Origin: Cenococcum geophilum
Lineage: Eukaryota
Direction of reading: 5' to 3'
Length of the DNA stretch: 64,000 bases
Assembly: GCA_050273025.1 (NCBI GenBank)
Contig: CP158636.1
Span: 1,798,001-1,862,000 of the forward strand
The translations under genes and the position numbers were made by a program. Below, piece after piece: positions 23,488 to 34,935 of the stretch. Below the pieces are notes generated by a model. It saw only the letters and a list, made by a program, of their open reading frames with translations. It searched no databases and was not told the DNA's origin. Position 1 is the stretch's first letter, and the number at the start of each line of letters is the position of its first letter.

Positions 23488-26400
23488 TGTAAGGGCGCGG
23501 AGAGACTTTAGGGAAGATTTAAAGGAATAATATAAATTCTATCTAAATCTAAGGGTATATAGCTCTTGCTAAGAACAAGACGTTACGTAAAGAAGAGAAA
23601 GAAATAACAAGAGAATTATATAATTAAATAGTTAGGGACTTAGTAGTCAATGCGTGCGTATATACGTACGCGGTCTTTAACAGACTTTAGTAAAATTCAA
23701 TTGATCAAGTAGAATTTAGTAGAAGTTAATTAAGCTAGCAAAATTCGGCAGAATTTGGTTAAAGCGTTGGAATTTATCTATTAAGTGTTTTACTAAGACA
23801 TTCCTACTATAACTAGGCTAGTCCCGTTATAGTACCCCCCCTTTTAGCTAAAGGTCTAAATAATTTAATTTTAGTTAAGACTTATAACTTATCGCGTGTC
23901 GTTTTTTCGCATTATGTGGCGGTATAGGGTTTTACCAATTCTATCGTTAAATAGACTAATTAGGATTTTCCATCCCCGGGATAAAAAATCACTATTAGCT
24001 TAGTTAAGGCGGTAAGCAGAACTAATATCTTTATAGTAGGTCTTATTAAGGCGGATCTAACTAATTAGATAACTTTAACTAGCGGTTAAAGTTCCTTAAT
24101 GTTACGGCTTATATAAATACCTCTGAACCGAAGCTTGTAGAATGCTATATTACAAAGATACTAAGCTAAAGAGAAGGAAAAGGGGTCGCTAGGACCAATG
24201 TAAACAAATATATAGGGTAAGCCGCCAAGGCGCTAGCTTTAGGCAGGCCAATTGCAGGTTGGCAGAATATAGCAGAATTTAACAGGTAATGTGCAATAGC
24301 GCCATTACATCACCCCCCTCTTTAAAAGAAAAGCCTGCCCTTAGGCTTAGTTAGAAATAGGGTAGCACTAGGCTTATAAACGTAGAATTATAAAATATAA
24401 GATAAGGAGATAAAGGGGATATAAGTACGTCCAGACTAAGTACAAAGGCAATTGTGGGCTAAGTAGAAGCACTAGGCTAGGAAGAGTAGCCGTTAAAAGT
24501 CTTAGTACGGATCTAACTAATTAGACAACTTTAACTGGCGGTTAAAGTTCCTTAACATCTAAAGTTTTACGGTACTAGCAGAAAACGGCAGAATATGGCA
24601 GAATTTAGTAGATAGCTATATTAGGGCTTTAGGGCGTTTTTATCCCTATATTCTTCTAGTAACTTATCGTCTTTATTATACTAGCATTCTATTTATTCGT
24701 CTAGGTACTTTAGGGGTCTAGGTATATTAGGGTATTAATTATAAAATTCTTTAAGCTTCTGGGGGTAGCCTATAAAGTTCCATATAGGGTACTAGGTTAG
24801 GTCAGGATTATAGCCCTTTTATTAGATATGGTATTTTAGCGTTCCCCGTACTATCTTATAGGCTAGTATTTTATTAACCTCCTATTCGTTATCACCGTTT
24901 ACTTAAACTAGTAAGGAAGGCTTATTCTTTTATCCAGGCAATAAGTTATTTATAGCTTTCTATAACTTATCTAGCGAGAAAATAAAGTAAACCCTAATTA
25001 AATCTGGGAGCTTTATCTTATATAAGTTGCCTATCTTTTTAAGAACCTTATACGGTCCTACCATCTAGTAGTCTAGCTTATAGCTAGGTTGTTCAGTCTT
25101 CCAATTCCTTATTATAACCTATATTATATTACTAGGGGTAAAATCAGGCTCTTAACAGTGTTTGTTCGCCTACTATTCCATTAACCTCTAAGCTTTTTTT
25201 AGGTTCTTGCGGGCTACCATTTAGGCTTTTTCTAATTATTTAGCGTACTATTAGGCCTTAGTATAGGATAGCTTCTCTTATATAGTCTAGGGTTCTTCTA
25301 GCCTTTTCTAGTTAAAGCTTATGCGGGGTAAGTATCCCATTTTTAGCTAAATCGGGGCAAACCCTATAGAGTTATAGGGTAGGGTTGCTTGCGCGTAGTC
25401 CATTAAGGGTAGTAGTTTAGACCAGTTATCCTAGAAATAGTTAATAAAGGGCCTAAGCCTCTAGTCCAGGTACTAATTTATAATCTCTGTCTAACCGTCT
25501 GTCTAGGGGTAATAAGCCGTAGAAAGCTTTAGCTTAATACCTAGGATCCGGGTAAACTTATTCTAAAAGGCCGATATAAACTATAGCCTATAATTAGATA
25601 TAATAGTATCTAGTAGTCTATAGATTTAGTAGATATAATAGATATATAGCTAGGCTACCTCTTTAGCATTAATATTCTTATAATAGGGAATTAAAAACGG
25701 GCGTTTACCAAAGCGGTCGACTATAACTATAACTATATTATATCCGTTACGGTCCCTAAGTAGTTTATAGAAGTCTATAAAGATATACTGCTAAGGGCGC
25801 TTTAGTATTAGGAGTGGCTTAAGTAGTCCTAGAGTCTTATCCTATAGGATTATAGCTCTCTAGCAGTCTTTATAGTTCTATATATATTAATTAATATCCG
25901 TAACTATTCTTAGCTAGTAGTAGCGGCAGTTAATAATTTTACGGGTCTTATTCTTGCTAGGGTATGTTATAAAGACTTAGCAATAAGCTTCGCGGATTAG
26001 TTTAGTCCGTAAATTATTAACGTTAGGGACTATAAGCCGCTCCTAGTATAGAAGTAATCCTTCCTCTATCTTAAAATTGGGGTCTCCTTTTACGGCTTAT
26101 TCGCGGAGGGCCCTTAAGGCATTAGCCGTGCGGTTTATAGTTAGAAGGCGGTTAATTAGCCCTATTAGCTTATTTAAGGACTCCTCTATTAGTGCTAGCT
26201 CGTTTTACTAGGAGTCTAGCTCCTTAAGAATCCGTAAGTTAAGCTATTCTAGATAAAGGAGGGCGCGCGTCCAATATTAGGTCTTTAGTTTATCCTAGGG
26301 TCCTATATCTTATTCTTTTTAGGTTAAAGCATTAGCCTTAAAGTTTTACTTACTAGAATAATATATAGTTATAAAAAAGAATTAGGAGAGTATTTTAGCC

Positions 26401-28564
26401 TAACGGGCTTATTATCTAGTAAGCTGCTTTATAGTTATAAAGTACTCTAGGGCTTTATAATCTATATATATTTTAATCCAGGAGTTTATACCTTTAAGCT
26501 CTACGCGCTATTAGGAGAGTAATTAAATAATAGCTAGCATTTCTTTATTATATACTTTGTAGTTACACTTAGCCAGGTTTATTATCTTTAAGAAGAAAGC
26601 TATAGGGTACTATTCGCCGTCTAGATATAACTGTAATAGGATTCCCGCTATAACCCTATTAGAGGCGTCCGTTTCTAGTATTAATTTAAGGTCTAGGTTA
26701 TAGTAATAAAGAATTAGGGAAGAGATAAGCTAATCCTTTATCTCTTTAAAGGCTTTTATATAGCTATTATTAAAGACAAAAGGCGTATCCTTCCTAGTTA
26801 GTTATATAAGAGGTTTTACTATAATTCCATAGTTACGGATAAACTGTTAGTAGAAGTTATAAAAGCTAAGGAAGGATTAGATTTCTTTTACTATATAAGG
26901 GGGCTTCTAGTTACGGATTACCTCTACCTTCTTAGGGTTAACCTTAATTCCTTTTATAGTTATAATAAACCTAAGGTATTTTGTACATTTTACCCTAAAC
27001 TTGTATTTCTTAATATTAACTTATAAGCCTACGTTCCGTAGTCTCTCTAGGACCTTCTTAATATAAACTTAATACTTAAGTTTGTTATTTAAGTATATAA
27101 GGATATTATCTAGGTATACCGTGCAGAATTCGTTAAGGTAATTAAAAAGAACGTTATTTATATACCTTTAGTACATAGCCGGTCCGTTTATTAGTCTAAA
27201 AGGAAGAACTTTATATTTATAGGAACTATAATAGGTACGGAACGTTATTAAATCTTTAAATATAGGGCCTATCCTAATTCAGTAGAAAGCTTAGCAGATA
27301 TTAAGTTTAGTAAAGATCTTTGCCTAGCTTAGATGTGTAAGGGTTTTATTAATTAAAGGAATAGGATACCGGTTCTTTTAAGTAATAGTATTTAGCTTTT
27401 AATAGTCGATATAAAAACGAAGGCCTTTATTAGGCTTTTTTATAAACAGGATAGGGGAAGTAAAAGGGGCTTAACTTAGCTCAATAAACCCTTTATCTAG
27501 GTTATTAATTAAGTACTACTTTATTACTTTTAGCTTATCCATTAATTAATAGTAGAGGGGGTTATAGCCTAGTAAGTTATTGGCTTCTAATTAAATCTTA
27601 TAATTATACGTTTAGTAGGGGGTTAACTTGTCTAAGGCCGCCTTTAAGAATGTATCCTTGTAGTCTGTATAAATGGTAAAAAGGAGGCGTTTAACTAGTT
27701 CCTTATTGGTTTCCTTAGTTAGCCTTTCCTCTCTATTATTAATAATTTGGTTAATCTTATATAGGCTTATTATAAAGACCTTATTGTCCTTTTAGTATAT
27801 ATTAAAGTGAAATACTACAGCACTAATTACAGCGATATCTATAGTAGGGGAGTTGCCTAATAATAGGGGCGTATATAACTTTAGGGACTTCTAGGGTACT
27901 GGCGTTATTGTTACTCCTTTTAGCTCCTATTATATCTTTTAGAGGTTATCCCTTATATCCTATTAATACGTTCTTTTCTATACTAGTTAGATCTATACAA
28001 TTTAGACGTCGTCTATATTACTATCTATTCCGCTTTTATATATAGAGTCCTCTTTAAACATAGCGCTTTAAAAGAGTATCTTTATTAGTATGGAGTTCTT
28101 TCTAGCTTTACAGCGGGCGTCTTCTTAGGTAAAGGCTAAGTTATAGGCCCAGATATCCTACTAGTAGGTAGGGTTAGCCCTTATAGCTAGTGTTTTACGG
28201 TTAGTTCGGATCTTCCTAATAAAGGAGGGCAACCTTAGTCTATCCTCTAGCTAGATAAACCGTCTTTATTATATATTTAGCTAAATATTAAAATAAGACA
28301 TCTATTTTCGTCTAAGGATTATATTATAGGACCCTAGGTCTAGGATGCAAAAGGGGATACTATATTAGCGTCGTCCGTTAAGAGCAATATATAATTTTAA
28401 GACGTAGGTAACGGGCTAACCGGCTTAGCCGTTATAGCCTTTTACCTAGACAGGCTTCTCTAGTTAGATAGCTTCTGTATTTAGAAACTTAGTAACATTA
28501 TTTGCATAGGCAGTATTTATAAAGGTAAAGCTATTTGCTCTAGTATTAATAAGGGCGGTTATAT

Positions 28565-31500
28565 TGTGGTGGGGTAAAATGGGCCACTACTTAGTGCCTT
28601 GGCATTTTCCTATATATATCGAGCCTTCGGCTTCTCTCCTTCTTTCTACCACGACCTACCAGAATACATTCTTTCCTTTCTTCTTACTAACTGCTTTCCT
28701 ACTAATTAATAACGACTAACGACCGACCAACCGACCGACCGACCAACCAACAGACAGACAGCATTGTGACTTTCCTATCTAAGAGTGGTCGTACCCTCCC
28801 ACATATTTTATGGCATTCCACATAGGGACGACGGCAAGCTCTTTAGATTAGAAGTCTGGCACTCTATATACAACTCTATACACAGGAGACACGCAGGAAC
28901 ATACCACGACTACAGAAGAACCGCCAGCTGCAGAAGAACAACCAGCTGCAAAAGAACCGCCAGCTAGACCAACGAGACAGCAGAAGCAGAGAACCAGGCA
29001 GTATCAGACAGCGAGGGGAACCAGGTAGTCCCTAAACAGAAAGACAGCGGAAAAGACGGACATTAGACTTAACGCACGGGCCAAAGAGTGGCAATAAGAG
29101 GCAAAAAGGAGTGGCAAAGGTCTCGGAAAGTTACGTGCAAGGACGTTAAGCGAACCAGCAAGCCAATCAGACGACGTCGACTGGCAGTCAGAGTTACCCG
29201 ATATCTCACCACCCGCCCCGCGCACAAGCATGGCCAGAGCTTTATTAAAGATGCAGAGACGACAAGTAGCTAAGGGCCAGCGAGATCTAAGGCATCTGGC
29301 GGCGAAGGAAGTCAGCGCTGCCCTGCAGGAACAGAAGAGAGAACACCAAGAAAGGCCGCAAGTATATAAGATCGGATCTGTCCTTAAAAGCTTCCTATTC
29401 TGGCTCAGCTTTATCTTCTTTCAAGTTATCCGGATCGTATTAGTGGCGGCTATAGAGGCGTTCCATAAAGACGCAGATATAAGTAGAAGCCCAAGGCCTA
29501 GCAGTACCCTACCGCGCGGAGCAACGGCAGGCCAAAGCAGACGGACGTATCGAGACCCGGTAGTAGTAGAAGATAGTAATTCTGTGCTTTCCCAGGGAGA
29601 CCCCCCCTCAGGCGTCAAGAAGCAGGTGCCTTCCGTTAGGGACGCAGATGTACAAGTGGACCAGCCGCAGTATGCACGTACCAAAGTACCACCAGGACAG
29701 CTATCTGGGACACCCGCTGTCAAGACTACGGCCATATAAGCAGACCTACCGCAGCGTTCACCTAGGACCGATGACCCTTAGCAGACAAAGGATAAGAGCC
29801 GTAAGGATTACCTACAAGCTCCCAAGGAAGCTCTAGATGCACCATCCTATAACCAGCAGTCAACGGCTCAAGACAAGATCTATGTCATGGTTCAGCCTAT
29901 GCCAGCCCCAGGAACTATTGGATCTCCGTACTTTATAGGACAAGATATATCACAATTTATCGAGTAGTACGAAAGACTATGCGCCCGACATTACGTTACG
30001 AGTAAGGAAAAGTACCAGGGTCTTCCGGAATACTGCGATTACTAGATAGGAATGTGGATCCGAAGTCTGCTTGAATTTACAGCCGGCAATTGGACAGAGC
30101 TTGTAAGGAAGCTTAGGGCAGAATACCGAGGAAGTAACCGCTTTCGTGAAATGGAGACAGTAGAATTCTTGGAGGCCTATGTACTACAGTATAGGAGCAG
30201 CCTACCTGGCGTGCGCCAGTACTATAGGCAGTTTACACTGATCTCCCAAAGGGTTACGGAGGCAGGCAATCTAAGGAACGCTTAGCGAGGGTACTGGTTT
30301 ATAAAAGGACTTCCGCTTAAATATCAAAGGCATACTATGGCCAAAACGAGAGCTAATCCAAATAGACAAGAGTCCTTTAACTTCTATTAGTTACAGAGAG
30401 CTATAGAGGACAGGCTTAGTTCATATAAGGGCGCGGATCGTCTATTAAAAATAAACCCCGAGGAGCAGAGCCTTCGTTAGCTGGTTAAGCAGTTCTATAA
30501 TTAGCAGCCAGTCATAGGCAAAGATGCTACCCTTTAACCACCTACAATCTTTCAGCCAAATAAGACAGCCGACGCCCGTTAAGCCAGCCAGGAAACGGAC
30601 CCAGTTAGACCAGGTATACGCGGAGGAGCCCTAATGCAGCAGCATTCACCCGCCATAGATTAAGCTATAGTTTAAAGCCTAGCACAAGGATATGGCCTGG
30701 CACCAGGATACGAAGACTGGTAGAACAGCACCCGACCTCCGTAGGACTCTCGATATCCGCAGGACTTCCAATATCCGCAGGACTTCCGATATCCGCAGGA
30801 CTTCCAATATCTGCAAGATTCTACTGCCTTTGGACGACCGCAGCGGGACGCACAGGGTCAGCAGGATGGCACGCGATCTGGCCCGGGCCGATAGACCTGT
30901 TTTAGATGCGGAGGAAGTTACCGTTTTACTGAGCACGAATGTTAAGGCTTAAAGGATCTTATTCAGTAAGGATTTGTATATCTGTTTAATCAAGGAAGAC
31001 TAGTAACTGGGATACGCGACCGACCTGGACCTAAACTACTATGGCTCGGCAATAAAGGACAATTAAAAGGTATTAAGAACTGGCTCCGTATATGCTAAGG
31101 AGTAGACCTAAACAGACTAAGGAAAGAATAAACGTAGTAGCGGGCCTTCCATAACGGAGCAGCACTAAAGATTAGTGACGAGAAAAGTATAAACTGGGGG
31201 AACTACTATTAGAATCGCCTAACCCTTAAAGACAGCCGCGTAACTAGGACAGCTATTAAGCCATAGGAGAGCAATGTACGACTAGAAGACTACATGCAGA
31301 TTAGGTTATGGCCTACGGAGAAGGCAGCTAAAGCTAGGGAGGACTACTATTAGAATCGCCCGACCCTTAGAGACGGTTATTAGAGACAGTCATTGGAGGC
31401 GGACGCTTAAAGCAGACTCTATAGCAGGTATAAAATATTTGACTAGGGGACAGTCAAGTTATAAGGTGGGGGAGGGGACGTAGGTAACGGCCGTGTAAAA

Positions 31501-34500
31501 GATTTCTATTTGTCTGCTTATTTACTATATTTCCTAAAGCTCCTTATTTACTTTCTTAATCGCAACGCGTTAGTCGCAACAACCTACTGCAGAGATGTTA
31601 GTTTAGCTTACCGCCTATCACCGAGCCAATAGCGATTTTCTATCCCGGGGATGGAAAATCCTAATTAGTCCATTTAGCAATAGAGCCGGCAGAACTCTAC
31701 ACCGCCCCTGAAATTCAACGATGCGCCAGCTGCACAATAAGAACGGCACTAAGAGCCTTAATTGATTGCACGGATACAGAGCCGATTATACGATGCAGAG
31801 CCAGACGCAGAGCTAGACGCAAAGCCTTGATTGAATGACTGCACGGATGCCTTGATTAATTAAGCGACCGTACTAAAGCCACGACTAGTTGAAGAATTGA
31901 ATTAAGCCAGAGCCTTAATATCAGCACGTCGCCGTTACTGCATCGAATTAGTTAAATGTTGTTAAATTAGAGCCTTCAACCGGGCCGACTTTGTTCCTTA
32001 TTCAAACGACAGCTAATTGCAGCTCTGCCCTGCCACCCGAATTCAGTACTATACCGGCTGTACAACAAGAACAGACACCGCGGTAAGGAAGGGACTTATA
32101 TATAAGGACAGCAGCACGATATTGGAAATAAGCACCGTGGAACCGTAAAGCAGTATACGAAGAGGCACTGATAAAGATACTCTGCGAGAGATCGTATATA
32201 GGGCGCAGCTAACTACGTTAAGCTTAAACTATTCTTATGCGACTGAAGATAGAACTAAGCCGTATCTGGCCAAGCCAGTAAAGGACTTTATTAAGGATTA
32301 CAAGGGGAATAGGAATTGGACGTATAGGAACCGATGCTTTTTCCTCAGAGATCGTCTTGATAAAAGGACTGTATTATAGACGCAAGGGCAAGGGATATGC
32401 GACGGAGGTAGTTACAACAGCTGAGAAGCTGTCACCGGATGACAAAGAGACTGGAAGTAGAAGACAGTCCCTAGAAGGCTCTTAAGCCGGAAGAAGATCA
32501 AGGATACGCGAGCGTACTGCTAGTAGTAGGATTAAAGAAGTAGCCGCAAAAGCCTAAGAATGCAGCGAAGAAGCCAAGAGCAAGGACGGTTTAGAAAAGG
32601 AAGAAAGCAGCTGTTAAGGACGTCCTATAAAAGCGCTAGGCCTATTATAGTAGTTCAGAGGAAGCTACTATTAGTGCTCGCAAAGAAGGAAGTCTTAGGA
32701 TAGGCCTCTGGATTGGACGTCTGGTGGACACTGAGAGCCTTAATTAACTACGGATGCAGAGCCCCAATTGATTAACTATATGGATATAAAGCTTTAATAA
32801 AACGACTGCATAGCTAGGGTCTTGATTGATTGTCCGCAGATGCAGAGCCTACGGATGCAGAACCCAGGTCGTACGTGCAGCAGAAGACGCCTTAAGTCAA
32901 GCCAGAGCCTCAGTCAAATCCTGATTAGTCGAACGCTGCCTCTACAGTCAAGTCGTTAAATTAGAGCCTTTAGTTGGGCCGACCTAATACCCTATTTAAA
33001 CGTCAGTCGATCATACATTGTTATAGTCAAATCGAATCAGTCACCGTCGCCGTTAGACGTCTTCGATCAGCAGTCAAAGATTCTACAATAGCAGACAGAT
33101 AGGCACTAGGCCTAACTAGGAAATTAGTATACGGCCGATATAACGTCAGAAGCAGAGCCAATTAACGTCTTAGAGCCTTTGCGGGAGCTTCTTCCCTTAG
33201 CTATCCCCCCCTTATCAATCGATTGCTGCCCGTCTTGACGCCCACGGATTAGTTAACTAGAACGATCTTTCCTGTAGATACAGATACGGAGCTTTATACG
33301 GAGTCTTATACGGAGTCGTATATGGACCCTACGGATATGGAACATACAGGTGTAGAGCGTTAATTAGATAATAGTACGGCAGCTTAACTGGACGCCTATA
33401 GATGCGAAGCCTTAATCAAACAGCAGATGCGGAACCTTGACATCGGACGTCTACACGGAAGCTTTAATCAACTGTCTACAAATGCAAAGCCCCAGTCGTA
33501 CATGCAGCAGAAGACACCTTGAGTTAAGCCAGGGCCTCGTCAGATCTTAATCAGTTAAACGCCGTCTCCGCATTCAAGTCAGGACAGTCAGAGCCTTCGG
33601 CCGGGCCGACTTTCTACCTTAATTGAACGACCGAACGATCAGTTACAGCACGTCGTCGCCGACCAATTAGATAGTCTTCGTCCGACAGTCAAAGCAGGCA
33701 TGCAGGCACCCACGCAGACACGGACGCAGACTATGCAATGCAGAACTACTGATGCACAGCCAGATGCACAGTCAGCCGCACAGTTAGATGCAGAGCTATG
33801 CGGACGTAAAGCTTAGTAATACAGGGCCTGATGCAAAGCCACGGATAGAGCCTTAATTAAGAGCCGTGTACGATGCAGACCGATGCAGAGCTAGGTACAG
33901 AGCCTTAATATTAAACGACCAGCCGAACCACCGAGTCGGGCCGTAGTCTCTGCCGTTTTAATCGACTGCCCTACCGCCACCGCTACTGCTGCCACTATTC
34001 CGTCCGGCTATTTTGTCCCTGCTGTCTTAACCAACTACTATCTCTACCGACTGCTGTCTCTACCGTCCTAGATTTGTACCGCTGCTAGGTCTATTTACTG
34101 CTAGATCTGCTAGGTCTATTATGCCGTTCTATACTGCTATTCCAACCGATCTGTTCTACTGCTGCCGACCAGCTGTTCTACCGCTGCCACTACTGCCATT
34201 GCTATTCCGACTGTTCCGTTCTATTATTCCGATTGTTCTCCTGCTACCGTTCTTACTGACTGCTACCGGCTAACTACTACCGACTAACTGCTACCGAGAT
34301 TTCTGCTACTAAAAGTTCTGCTGCTAGATGTCCTACTGCTTACTACACAGACTAAGTTCTTCTACCGACTGTTCTATTACTGATCGCTCTACCATTAACC
34401 GTTTTGCTTTGTCTTACTGCGCCAACTGTCTGCTTTTTACTATTACTACTACCGTTACTGCTGCTACTACTGCTACTGCTGCTACTGCTATTGTCATTTC

Positions 34501-34935
34501 TGGTTTACAGCTATTTTGGTTACCGCTAGTAGGAAGGACACTGTAGGATAGTTCTATAGGAGGGCTAAGGATGAGGTTACCTGTGTTCTTTTAGGGATAT
34601 GCTTTCCTTTTTCTATTCTGCTTTTGCTATTCTTTTATTTGGCTATTCTTCTATAGTATAGAACGTTAGGGGACAACGTTCTTAGTGGGGGAGGTATGTG
34701 GTGGGGTAAAATGGGCCACTACTTAGTGCCTTAGCATTTTCCTGTATATATCGAGCCTTCGGCTTCTCTCCTTCTTTCTACCACGACCTACCAGAATACA
34801 TTCTTTCCTTTCTTCTTACTAACTGCTTTCCTACTAATTAATAACGACTGACGACCGACCGACTGACCGACCGACCGACCGACAGATAGACAGCATTGTG
34901 ACTTTCCTATCTAAGAGTGGTCGTACCCTCCCACA
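28565..34935 (+). mobile_element. Non-autonomous gag-only LTR retroelement E; 239-bp LTRs 28565-28803 and 34697-34935; 4-bp TSD ATAT
   Basis: LTRs differ by about 8 transitions. ATAT at 28561-28564 and 34936-34939; removing E and one ATAT restores the frame of B's protease. PPT TAGTGGGGGAGGTA. Gag relic MPAPGTIGSPYF..CDY.. with knuckle TCFRCGGS(H)RFTEHEC at ~30895. No PR/RT/IN recognised. Confidence 0.88.
31740..34500 (+). repeat. Repeat-rich internal region of E: dispersed GATGCAGAGCC units, three longer direct repeats (~31900-32030, ~32860-33010, ~33485-33640) and a CT-rich (CTACTG-like) tract 33950-34500
   Basis: agagccttc..gggccgac..a(a)acg blocks and many gatgcagagcc variants read directly. 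Confidence 0.75.

Noticed and set aside
23484..23835. GTAC on both sides of LTR A1, suggesting a solo LTR with a 4-bp TSD
   Set aside because: The right-hand GTAC is part of a typical PPT, and a chromodomain/integrase follows once B is removed, so a 3' LTR is more parsimonious. Not fully excluded.
31740..33900. Regularly recurring repeats in E considered as a CRISPR-like array or hammerhead retrozyme
   Set aside because: Eukaryotic context, degenerate units with irregular spacing, and no CTGANGA/GAAA core in the right stem context.
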